Below, piece after piece: positions 31,932 through 47,692 of a stretch of DNA of 64,000 bases. This stretch comes from the human T2T-CHM13v2.0 reference genome, Homo sapiens. The notes beneath the pieces are model-generated. The model saw nothing but the letters and a program-made list of their open reading frames with translations, did no database searches and had not been told where the DNA came from. Numbering within the stretch: the stretch's first letter is position 1; each line of letters starts with the position of its first letter. A program made the translations under genes and the position numbers. The stretch lies in assembly GCF_009914755.1 (NCBI RefSeq), contig NC_060925.1, one strand, 5' to 3'.

Positions 31932-33160
31932 ACCTCCCATTAAGGCTTGCCATCATGATGGGCCATTACTGAAATGAGGGTGTTACCTGGGCAGTCGGGG
32001 TTTAAGGCCATCCCCACCACTGCGCACCAGCCCGCTGATCATGAGCACGGTGCTGGTCATAGTTTTTGAGACAGGGAGGTCCTAGAAGGCTCCAACAGCA
32101 GGAAAGGTAGGTTTCTCTAGCACTCATGGGTGGATGCCTTAGAAATAAGAGAGAAACAAACAGCCTCTGGGCCTTGAGAGGTTTAGATTTCCCATTTGAA
32201 GCAGAGGTGGTGTGGAGGGGAGGGCCGGGGCCGGCACCTGTTCAGAAAATGCATTCCCCAGAGATGGAAGCAGGTGACAGTGTTCTCACATTAGTTGTGC
32301 TGAGAGAAAAAGTCCTTCGTTCAGCTGTGCCCAAGGCTTTATTCACAGACTCCCGTCTCTCCCAGGGGTGCTGGAAAGACCTTGGGGACCTCCTCACCCT
32401 TCTTGCTGGAAGATGCCCGTACCGCAGCGCACGAGACCCCAGCTTTTCCGGGGCGGCTGCACTGTCAACTCAATGCCTAGCAAGGATGCGTCCGGCTGGG
32501 CATAAAGACAGCCCGGCCCGCTAAGCAGAGAAAGCTTCCCCTTCACCACCAGGCTGCTGACAGGTGTGAGTGGGGCAGGGCAGGGAGGAATCACTGAGGC
32601 ACACCCAGGAAGCCTGACGAGAGGGGCCAAGCTCTGTCCGGACGTGGTGGCTGAGCACCCTGCAGAGGCTCAGTGGCCCTGGCAGCCCCTCGCCTGCTCT
32701 CTGGAGGCCTTTGCTCTCTAGTCCCCTCCCTTGAACTCTGAACTTCCACGGGTGAGGGGGGTGATAGAATAATGGCTTTATTTTCCCAGTCTGAAAAAAA
32801 TAATATAGAAGAAATAACAGCTGGGCCTTCCTCTGCATGGAGTTTCCGCTCCCACGAGCATGTCCGTGTTTAGCATCGGCAGCCACCTGGCCATGCTGGA
32901 CTCGGTGTGGCTGTGTCTGCAGTCGCATAGACATTTATGGTATTTCCAGTGGCCTGTCAACAGTGCCTGGTGTTCTCTAACAAGTGCTGTGGACTCCAAG
33001 GGCCTGACCACCTGCAGGGCTTGAGAACCACAGTTCAAGCAAGGTGAGACAGGGTCGGCAAGGCTGGCCTTGGCGTCTCCACAGGTCAGTTGGTCCTCAG
33101 CCAGGCATGCCACCCTGTGGGCTTTGGGGCTGCTTTCCCTCTGGAGTCTAACTCAAAGCC

Positions 33161-33453
<293 letters not shown>

Positions 33454-33749
33454 CTGGAAGCCTCTAAATGAGCCAGGTGTCCCTGTGTCTTTGAGAGCAC
33501 TGAGGGCTGGGCTCCAGTGGGCAGGGCAGCCCATCCGCGATGTCAGCACATGGATCTCTGGCTCCTTGTTAGACAGGAGCTCTGTACAGTAGAGTGGCGG
33601 GAAGGTCACAGAGCCCTCTCTCTCTACAAGGTCTCTGAGTAAAAAGTGCCTGAAGTGTCCACCTCCAGCACCGCAGCATGCTGGAATTGCCGGCTGTCTC
33701 TCGAGTTTCCTTTTAGAACCTTCTCTAGAGCTCTGCGATTCACAGAATG

Positions 33750-34909
33750 GATTCACAGCTGCTAGAGTGGTAAAACCCATTGCAGATTGTTCAGACGATT
33801 AGAAAAAATTCTCTTGTATGGAGCCCAAATTTGCCTCTAATTCTGACCCCTGAGCTATATTGAATTAGTTCAGTCTTCTTCTCATGGCAGGTTCAAATCT
33901 TTAAAGCTGATTGGAGACCTCAGCAAGGCCCTTCCAGTTTCCCCACTTCTTTATGGAAGCTTCTTCCCAGTTGGGATGCACCTGAGACAGCCCCTCCTCT
34001 AGATCCGGCCTTCTTTACTCACTCCTCCTACAAATCAACTCAGGGGGGGCCATACTTTGAGCTCTGTGCTCTCTCAATTCAAATTGCACTTTTAAGAAGT
34101 GACAACAATGACCTCTGAATTTCACGTTGCCTTGTGTATTTTCTAAGTGGTTCCATAGAATGAAAGCAGGTTTTTCCAGGTTGGCTAAAATCTACCTGCA
34201 GCCACATCTTAGCCATGTGGTATAATAACTAAAAGTATGGGCCATGGAATCAGGCTGCTTGAATTCACATCCTGGCTTGATCACTTACGAGCTATGTGTT
34301 TTTGAGCAAGTTACTTAACCTCTCTGTGCTTCAGTTTTCCATCTGCCAATTAGTGATAATAAGAGTGCCTACCTCAAAGCGTTGTTGTTAGGATTAAATA
34401 TTTTTAATCCTAAATTAATGTGTGTTAAAGCCTTTAGTAGAATGTGTGGTTCTTAAAAAGTGGCATTAAAACGATGTCAGCTGTTGTTATCCTTAAGCTT
34501 CTCTGCAACCCCAGAGTACCCAGAACTGTGTTGAGGACCCACTGTCTCCCAATCAGTAATCATTAACGGGTCCAGATACTGTAGCACCATATGAAAGCAC
34601 CCGGGTGTCTTAATACAGTATCTAGTCTCAACTTTCATCCTAAGGATGGTGAGTCTGGGGTCACAGTAGACCTCACCATCCATCAAGTTGGCCATCACTT
34701 CCTTTGAGGGCAGCCCCTCGAAAACACACGGACAGCTCACCATCTGGTGGACAGATTCACAGCTGCTGGAGTGGTAAAGCTCATTGCAGATTGTTCAGAC
34801 CATTAGACAAAATTTCCTTGTATGGAGCCCAAATCTGCCTCTAATTCTGACCACTAAACTGTACATCGAATTAGTCCAAGTCCTCTCCTCATGGCAGGTT
34901 CGAATCTTT
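33750..34909 (+). repeat. ~155-bp direct repeat pair (33750-33902, 34754-34909), CR1/L3-like, with a MIR between (34215-34470)
   Basis: Colinear alignment by eye, roughly 85% identity; MIR core gagcaagttacttaacctctctgtgcttcagttttccatctg. Confidence 0.85.
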
Positions 34910-35369
34910 GACACTAAGGAACTCTTCTAAAAGCCCTCGGTGGTGCTCTAAGTGACAAGGCAAGACGAAGTGACTTAAATAAGAGTAAAGGACACTGTGC
35001 CACTCTGGAAGTGAGGGACTCAGCTTCTGACCCCAGCCTGCACAGACTCCCCAAGGCCTGGGAATTGCCCTTTCTTAACTCTTTCCTACAAAATAGATCC
35101 TAATTTATGAGTTTCCCCCTCTCTTCCTCAGTGAGTCCAGACCCGGCACTGGCCTTCTCATGCCTGGTGGGGGCAGGTTGGCTTTTCTGCAGCCACACTT
35201 GCCTCTGTTCCATACTTTCTCCACCTAAGAGTTAAAGTAAGGTTTGTTTGTTTCAGGTGGGGTCTTGCTATGTAGCCCGGGCTGGCCTTGAACTCCTGGG
35301 CTCAAGTGATCTTCCCGAGTAGCTCAGACTACAGGGATGCACCCTGCACCAGGCTTAAAGTGAGTTTTT

Positions 35370-36150
35370 GAAAAGAGATCTCACATGAAAAGATGCTTGA
35401 CATCATTAGTCATCAGAGAGGCGCAAATTGAAACCACAGTGAGACACCACTTCATACCCACTCAGAATCAAAGGGACAATAACAACTGTTGGCGAAGATG
35501 AGGAGCAATTGGAACCCTCATTCATTGCTGGTGAGATTGTGAAACGGTGCATCCGCTTTGGAAAACAATCTGGCAGTTCCTCAAAAGATTAGCTGTGGAG
35601 TCACCACATGACCCAGAGATTCCACTCCCTGGCCGTCTCCCAAGAGAAATGAAAATATATTAAATCCACACAAAAACTTGTACACAAATCCCATAGCAGC
35701 ACTATTTGTGATAGCCAAAATGTGAAAATCAACCAAATGTTTATCAACTGATGATGGGTGGATAAATAAAATGTGATGTATGCCTACCTGGGAATATTAT
35801 TCAGCCACAAGATTGAAGTACTGATGCACGCCACAGCATGGAAGAATCTAAGCAAAAGTAGCCAGCCACGAAAGGCCACATGTTATACAATATCACGTAT
35901 ATGAAATGTCCAGGATAAGCAAATCCGCAGGGACAGAAAGTGGATGAGCTGTTCCCAAGGGTTAGAGGGCGAGGGAATGAGGGGTGAGGAGTGGCTGTTG
36001 ACGGGGATTATTTGGGGAATAAAAAAGATGTTCTAAGATTAGATTATGGTGATGATTACACAACCTCATAAATATACTAAAAACCACTGAACCTTACGCT
36101 TCAAATGGGTAGGCTTTTTGGTTCCTAAATCATATCTCAATAAAGCTATT
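35370..36150 (+). mobile_element. Old L1M (L1MB-like) 3' fragment
   Basis: Degenerate ORF2 end and 3'UTR ending in catatctcaataaagct. Confidence 0.75.
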
Positions 36151-36380
36151 ATGTAAAAGTGAATTTTTAAGCTATTTTTTATTTTACAGTTTATATGTTT
36201 GATAGTACAATTTACATAATTTATCATGCATGTTTATATCTTAATAAAAAAAAGAAAGAAGAACATATTGGGCCAGGCTATTAAGGAGTAGCATAAGGGA
36301 GTTTCTTTGGGGAGATAGGACAGTTTCACGTCCTGACTGAGGTGGTGATTACTGGAGTCTACAAGTGTGATTAAATGTCA

Positions 36381-36494
<114 letters not shown>

Positions 36495-36744
36495 CTAAAA
36501 AAAAAAAAAAAAAAAAAAAGCCAGACATTCTAAAAGCTTATCAATGGGGGAATAATTTTGTTATCTTTGTACATATATACTATGGCATATATTACATCAT
36601 TTAAAAATAGCGTAGACACATGTAAATAAAGATCAATGATAAGAGAAAAAGTGACAAATATGTATAATCTGATCCAATTAATGTTTTTAAAAAAGAAAAA
36701 GGCTGCATGTATGTAAAAAGGCCTAGAAAGAGCTCTGAATAAAT

Positions 36745-37773
<1,029 letters not shown>

Positions 37774-37966
37774 AAGCTCTGAAAGTAAAACTAAATTGAT
37801 GCACAGTGCTTACCTCTCCTAGACTCAGAGGGCGGAAGTCAATGCCCTCTCGTGGTGGGGGTGGAGGAGGGAAGGAAGACATGTGAAGGTCAATTTCATC
37901 ATTTTATGAAAAGCATGAATACTAACGAGAATTTCTTATGATGACATGTCCAAGTATCTTTTGCTA

Positions 37967-38264
37967 TTTTTTTTTTTTTTTTTTTGAGATGGAGTCTTGC
38001 TCTGTCACCCAGGCTGGAGTGCAGTGGCATGATCTCGCTCACTGCAAGCTCTGCCTCCCAGGTTTACACCATTCTCCTGCCTCAGCCTCCCCAGTAGCTG
38101 GGACTACAGGCGCCTGCCACCATGCCCGGCTAATTTTTTGTATTTTTAGTAGAGATGGGGTTTCGCCATGTTAGCCAGGATGGTCTCAATCTCCTGACCT
38201 CGTGATCCGCCCGCCTCGGCCCCCAAAGTGCTGGGATTACAGACGTGAGCCACTGTGCCTGGCC
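37967..38264 (-). mobile_element. AluY-like
   Basis: gcaagctc, ttagccaggatggtctcaatctcctgacctcgtgatcc diagnostics. Confidence 0.85.
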
Positions 38265-41200
38265 TTGGTAATTTAAAAAAAAACAAAAAACAAAACAAAA
38301 CAAAAAAACAGGTTGTGCCAACAGCAAAATGGGAAAGGCAAGGATGTTTATTGACAGTCATCTACAATGACGGGAGTTTCACTCGTTGGTATCACGGGGA
38401 CGACATCAAAAGCATCTGTAAGTAGAGTTGATACAGCCTTCCAAGGGTGTATCCCCAAACCTCACCTCTAGCCCAACGTGAAGCATCACAAACAAGTCAA
38501 TGCTTTTACAGTAAACATCCCTTAGTTTACTGAGAAAGAAAAATTTAAAGTCTGGGGCAAGGACACTTAAGCTTAAACAGTTGCAGGTTGATGGAACCTT
38601 TGTAACTGATGAAATCTATGGACTTCTTCCCAGAAAGAAAAAGAAAGTCACATATACATACACAAAACAATATTTTCCTTACAAGTGGAGCCCTGAATTC
38701 CTGCCCTACAGAAGAAATAATGATTTTCCTGCCCATGAGGCCCTTCAGCACTGGGGCTTAATCCACTTTTTTGACTCGTATCCAACTACTCCCCCCACCA
38801 CCCAACCCCATTCATTCATTGGCTCCCTCCCAACACCTTAGCTCACTCCCTGTCTATGTCGAAGGCCTTCCCTCCCTCCACTTTCCTGGCTGGCTCAGCT
38901 TCCCTCAAGTCCTAGTTGTCTTCTGGTCACCCCCCTGGAACTCACCGCAGCACACTCTAGCCAATCATTTCTGCCTCTGCCTGGGTCTTACTGGTCACGG
39001 CATGCTGGCATTCAGGAAATAGTTAAAGCTGCTTCTTCCTTGAATGACTAACCAGGTGAATGAAAATGAATGACAGCAAGCAACTAATTGTCATTAAACA
39101 GTTAATAGAAGAAAGTTCATCTATGTTACCTTTGGGGATAGTTTTAAATAAGAGAGGCTTAGAGAGTGAAAGCAGAGAGGATCTAAGGTTGGGGCAGTGG
39201 TGGTAAGTGTCTCTTTTGGGTAGAGAGGATGCTCAGGGTCCTTCAGATCCCATCAGGGGAAGCAGTGCCTGCTGCCTGGGGTTCCTTCCAGCAGGCACTT
39301 GATCACAATGTCAATCAAGTCTACTGTCTGCAGGAGCAAAGGAAGAATCCATTATTTGTAACTCACCCCTCCTGTGGGAGCCAATCCTCAGATAATGCAG
39401 AAGCCCTGAGGGGTCCCTCTATCTGGGCTGCTATTTCTTGGCAAGATTCACCTGGACCATTCTGGAAAGAATGCTGTTTGCCCTCGTACCGAAAAAACAT
39501 TCAGAAAGAAAGATGCACCATCCTCCCTGCAAAGTCCTCTTGGGCTAACCACCCTGGGGCCTGTTCCTCGCTCTGTCTGCCTGGCGTTTAGACCTGTGCA
39601 AAGGCAGAAGAACCTTGTGATTTACTTGCAAGAGCCAAGCAGTGACTGGAGGAGTCTAACATCCTGCTCAGTGGCCAGCTGCCAGGTGGCCAGCAGCCAG
39701 GTCGTGTTTCCTGATGTCCACTCCCTATTGTGGTACAGTCTTAGTCATCACACCTAGTCAAAGCCTTCTGGTCTGACTTGGAGGCAGTGCCTCCTGGATA
39801 ATCACTCGGACGCAGACAGTCAGCTTTGGGCCCGCTGGGTGTGCTGTACCCCTCTCCCGAATATCTAGCGAATTCTCAGCTCCTACTCTTGAACCAGGAG
39901 ATTTGCAGGCATTAGTGAATCACTAAGTAGCAAGTGTTCCTTATTACCAAAAGGAAGGATGGACCCTCCACAAAGAGGGGCAGCTGGTGGCACACACAGA
40001 TTTAAGAGGAGAGGGATTTCTTAAGGTTTAAGTGATCTTGAACCCTGCAGGGCTAGGGGTGGGGAGGCGGGAGGAAGGAGGGATCCAGGACTGGCTCCCG
40101 AAATCTACTCTGCACCTCCCAGCAATCCCAGGCCCTAGAGGAGGTGCTTTCAGTGAGGACTCTAGTACCTGGGTACTCCAGTTCCTGATGTCTCACAAGG
40201 ACCCTGGGAAGAAAGCTAGGCAGGTATTCTTAGGCCCACTGTATAGCAGGGGAAATGAGGCCCAGAAAGGCTGTTGACTCCTTTAGGGTGCAGAGCATGT
40301 GCGGTGAGGCTGAACCTGAACTCAGGGCTACAGATGCAGTCTTGAGCGCTGCCACCTGCACGCCCAGGTCGTCCAGGTATCAAAAGGCAAGTGCGAAACC
40401 CTCGGGGCACCACGAAACACTGGGAGTCAGCACTGTGGCTTGACAAGGCCCCAGGCCGCCTGTGCTCCGTGCCCCATGGTTTCTTGGGCATGGCCAGAGT
40501 CACCAGAAGCGGTGCGGGTCCTCGGAGAGCCCTGCAGCCCCCAGCCCAGCTTTGCTTCTCGCCATCTCACAGCAGTCTGTGGGTGCCGCCAGTCTCCCGC
40601 ACATGCCACCACATTGGCCAAGGAAAGGCTCGCAAGTGAGACATGAATTCCCCAATTAAGCTTGCTGGAATTGTGCCCCAAAATAAAGAAATTAATTAAA
40701 GTCTTTTTGCCAGCATCAACTGGGCCGGAGGTGGGCTTGGACGCCCCATCTTGGAGCTCACGCCTCCTTCTGAGAGCGCATCCTTAGCTCCCTGGCATCT
40801 TGTGCATTGGAGGCAATAAAGGTCCAAGGCAGGGAAGACCTCAGAAGCTTGGGTGGCTCCACTGTGTCCCTGCTGCCTGTTGGTGACCCACAGCGTCCTA
40901 TGGGTCGGGGGAAGGCTAAGCTGTCCCGGGTCAGGAGGCACAACCTCCTTACCACCTTGACTGTGTCCCTGCAAGTTAACCAATGACACAGAACAATCCA
41001 GATGTTTGTTGGGTGTAGTGGCGGGAAGAGCCATTTGCTCCTAGATATTTTCCAAAAGAGAGACGAGTCACGTGGTCTGGGAGACGGTGTGATGCTGAGG
41101 AAACATGGGAGTTTTGGGTTCAAATACTTCTGGGTTCAAATCCTGACCGTCCTTTACTTAGGGAGGCGTGAGCGTGTTTGAGCGTCACTATTCTCATTTG

Positions 41201-41516
41201 TAAAATGGAGAGGAAGGCATAAGGGGTGAGAGACAGGGCTGCCCAGAAACCTTGCTCTAGGCCAGAGGTCCTCAACCTAGGCCTCGGGTGGAACCCAGGC
41301 ACCCGCAGTGATTCCAACATAGAACGGCTGTGGACCAGACTGTGGTGGGTCCTCGGAGTCACCTGGCAGTCCCTCTTGTCAGACCTTGCTCCAATCTGGC
41401 CTCTCAGGGAGCGTGGCTACACCAGCCTGCTGCTCCCCACTCCCCGACACTCCCCAAATCCTGCTCTATGTTTTCCTTTTCCGTAACACTCGGTGTCCTT
41501 TAAAAGATTCTGCTGA

Positions 41517-41985
<469 letters not shown>

Positions 41986-42904
41986 TCAGCAAGCCCCTTT
42001 TCCATTCCTGTCCCCATCACTTTACGGTGCTATAGTCTCCATGACTTTGCTTATTGTTCTCTCCCCTTGCTCTGGACCAGCAGAGACCTCGTCTGTCTTA
42101 TTTAGGGCAGTGTCCACAGTGCCTGGAACACTGTCCACTCCAAACTCCGAAGGCATTTGTTGAACGAATGCGCTATTGTGTGCAGGGGACGGAGGCTCAT
42201 AAGGTGTCCTCTGCTGCCCTCTGCTGGGCAGCCATGGGAAAGGCTTCATCTCAAAGAAGGTGGACAGTCCGAAAAGGGGGAGGGTGAAAATTTGGTTTGG
42301 GAGCAGGTTGTTAATTACATATTTTTCGTTTTAACTCTGTTAAAATCAGACAAATCTGCCTACACCTTCCCACTCTCCTAGGCCCTTCTTCATTCCATCC
42401 ATGCCAGGACAACAATCCTGGATTTTTATTTTTATTTTTTTTAATTAAGATAATTTTTAATTGATATCTAATAGATGTACATATAGTTTCAGGGCATCCT
42501 GGATTTTGAAGTATTCCATCCTGTTAACTCCATGAACACACTTATTCTCGCAGGCACTGGCTCTCCTTTTTGGGGTTGGACTCCCCTCTCCTGGTCTCTC
42601 GACGTTTGCTTTGCTGGAGGGTGAGTGTGAACAGAGCCGCTACCAGCATTGGGCCTCACTCAGGCCGCATAAGGTCAGACTGCTGCTAAGGGTTGGGGCG
42701 ACTCAGGGAAGGACAGCTCTCCATCTTTTTCTAGTTCCTGGGACTGAGGAGAGTGTGAGAGGGGGACAGAGAGGGTGAATCAGCCACAGCCTAACTGGGA
42801 AATGCTTGGCACAGAAAAATCTCGTGTCCAGTTACCTTTGGCTTCTTCGGGATCGAGAGCCTCCTCCCTCCAGACTGGTTACTGTTCCTTTAGGCAGGTT
42901 TCTT

Positions 42905-44338
<1,434 letters not shown>

Positions 44339-45953
44339 CACCACTGGGAGATGTGATCAGCATTCAGTCAATGTGGCAGGGAAGGCTGGGCCCTGGGATC
44401 AGTAAACTAAATCCCATTATCCTATTCATCTATAAACGGTCTTTTGAATCCTCCTTGTTGGAGTTTTTCCTCGTTATGGATGTCTCTACCCTCAAAATGT
44501 CTTGGATACAAAAGGTTATGTCCTCACCCTACTACCGTTGAGAGGGGAAGGTCCCTGTGCACCGTGGGAACCCTGAGGCTGGAGAACCTGTATGCCAGGT
44601 GATGGGCTAGGGGACGGGCATCCAGAGGGGGACATCTGGGGACATGGATTATCTGTGCTCAGCAAAGGAATGTGGGGGAGGGGAAGAGGAGAAGGGAAGA
44701 AGAGAGGGAGGAAGAGGAGGGAGGGAGAAAGAGAAGGAATAGATATTTGTAAAGGACAGAGTCAGAGGCCATGAAATGTGGAAAAGAAAATGAGGGGAAA
44801 TCATATAAAAGATAGTGGTAAAGGGAAGGCTCTGATTTTATAAAATAAATCATTACATCAGGGATAAACACAACAAAAGTAAAGGTAAATTTAGTGCTTA
44901 CTAAAGGGTCTGCAAAGATTTGAAATCGTTAACATTTTAAGAGTGTTTGAAAATTATTTTTGGCTTGTAGAAAAACAAGGCATGTTTGTTATAATGTGCT
45001 GTAAAAACACTTGAATTCCTATGTTAGATGGAGAAGCACAAGCTTCTCAAAATCTTCTCTGTTTTGTAGATATGGGGTCTCACTATGTTGCCCAGGCTGG
45101 TCTCAAGCTCCTGGCCTCAAGCGGTCCTCCTGCCTTGGCCTCCTAAACTGCTGGGATTGCAGCTGTGAGCCACTGTGCTCAGCCCTCAAAATCATTTGTG
45201 ATTAAAAAAAAAAACAACCTTGGAAAGTGGGATCTGTCATCTCATTTTATACAGAGATTTTCTACGGTAAGAAAAACAATGTCCACATTGTGACTGTCAG
45301 GATAACGCTGCTAAAGCCAATATCGTGCCCTTTTTGTTTTCGTTTTGAACTGCAATCATGAAAGCATCTGACTGGGTGGTATTTGCTGGCAGAGCTGGGG
45401 ACATGGTGATCGTCCACAGTCACGAGCGGGCAGTTGCAGCTCTCCTGGGGTCCTTGGCATTCTGCACACACCAGTGCTCTTGAACATTGCTTCCTCCTGT
45501 TCCAGCTTCTGACAAGAGCGCTCACCCCAGATTCTGGAACCTTTTGAGGAGTGCGAGGAGAATGGTGGAGGCCCTTAGGGCTGTGGTAATAACAGCAGCC
45601 AATACAGGCTGCAGCTACAGGCTGCAGAATCCAGTCTGACGGTGGAGGGAAGATGGGAGGGGAGACGAGGAAGACCGCTTTGGGGATCCCCTTGACTTTT
45701 CCCAGGATCGGGGGCAGGGTTGAGGAAGCTAAGGTGTTAGCACAGGCCTGAACCCCCTGAAGACCCCCCTGCCCTGTCATTCCCTCTTCATCTTCCAGAG
45801 AGCCCGGCGGTGGGTTTCTCAGGCCTGGCCGACCTCCCTTGCTATTCATTTCCAGCAACAGACCCCATCATACTTTCATGAGCGTCCTGTCCTGTATCCT
45901 CCCTCCCTCATCAGCCACCCACAAAGAAAAACCACCAGAGAGAAGCAAACAGA

Positions 45954-46128
45954 TGTATTTGACTGTATTTCAAAGGCAGTGACTGTAAACAAACTTGGTT
46001 GAAGAAATAAGAACCACATGACAAAATGCTTGAATTAAATCTTTTTTTTTTTTTTTTTTTTTTGCCACATTTCACATTTGAGAACCCAGAATTCAGCTCC
46101 TGTTATACAAAATTTGTAAAAATTTATT
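45954..46128 (-). terminator. Candidate distal PGBD5 poly(A) signal cluster
   Basis: AATAAA (46128-46123), AATACA x2 (45969-45964, 45959-45954), downstream GU/U-rich element; a genomic A22 at 46063-46042 could cause internal priming. Confidence 0.5.
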
Positions 46129-47127
46129 GCCTTGGCGTAAAGTGACAATCATGCCTTGGCGTAAAGTGAAAATCTTCACAGAAGGGTATGCTTTGTGTCA
46201 CCAAATGGGGGTGCAGCTGTGTGATATCTGTGCAGTTTGTGATAAAATTAAAAATTTTCTGTGAAAGATTCTTAACTGGAAATTGGAAGGGAAAACAAGA
46301 AGAAACAATGTAATGTAGCAGTGGAAACAAAATTCTCACAATGAATAGCAGTCTTTCCAGCTTCTTTGACACGGATTTCCTCATCATCAATGGCGGCTCT
46401 CCTGAACTAGGGATGAGTGTGAATCTCCATTTGAGGAAGGGGAAGAAGAGCTTGGAGGGTGACAGCCTCCCCCTGAGAGAGCCAGTTGCGTTCATGATTT
46501 TGGTTCCTTCTTCCTCCTAATTAAGCATCTGCCCAGGAGCCCAGGAGCCAGGGCTTAGCTTCCTGGCTATTTTCAACTCTTGTTAGTGAAGACCAGCATT
46601 GCCAGCCCACTGACCCCAGTAGGGTCACCCCTGCCCACTGAGAACCAGCCACCCCCTCACCCCCCACCAGAGTTCCCTGCAGGAACCAGCTGCCTCTAGT
46701 GGGAGACAGAGTAAAGGCAGAGGGGCCCCTCCTTTCTCAGGTGCCCTGTGCTAGTGTTGGGCAGCTCTAAGGTTGGAAACTGCTTTCCCCACTGAGCTGA
46801 AGGCTGCCTCCTGGGATATGCACCCGGCGGTCCCCATTCAGCCCCGGGAGCCACTCGGAACAAGTCTGGCTGTATCCCGAGGGCGACCAGGACAGCCCTG
46901 TGAGCGGCAGTTCCCCTCCTGGAACACTGCTTCACCAGCCCATCACCCCAGCCCTGTGGACTGCTCCTCCCTCACCTGGTTTCTACGTGGACCCACCATT
47001 CTTGCCCTCCTGGACCCCTAAACTGGCCCATGTGTTTAGTTGTAGAATGGGGGCCAGGACTGGACATGTGGTTTGATTGCTAAGGACCTAGCAGAGGCTC
47101 ATCATGTGGTAGACTCTGTATTTTATC

Positions 47128-47692
47128 GTGTGTGTATGTGTGTGTATATTTACACACACATACACACAAGATAGATATATATATTAAGTGGACACTGTAT
47201 GTGTATATATACACATACATATATTATAGATGTATGTATGCATATATGTATATATGTATACATATATGTATATGTGCATACATATAGAGGTATACATATA
47301 GATGTATATCTGTATACATGTGTATATATATACATATATGGATACATACATATTTATGTGTACATATATATGTATATGTGTATATGTGTACACATATATG
47401 TATGTGTATACATACATAAGTATATGTGTACACATATATGTATGTGTATACATACATAAGTATATGTGTACACATATATGTATGTGTATACATACATGTT
47501 TATGTGTATACATACATATGTTTATGTGTACACATATATCTATGTGTATACATACATATGTATATGTGTACACATATATGTATGTGTATACATACATACG
47601 TACACATGTGCATATGTGTATACATACATATGTACACATGTGTATATGTGTATACATACATATGTGTATATATGTATTAAGTGGACATTGTA
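47128..47692. repeat. (TATG/TACA)-rich array bracketed by an 18-bp direct repeat
   Basis: Direct reading; TATTAAGTGGACA(C/T)TGTA at 47182-47199 and 47675-47692. Confidence 0.92.
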
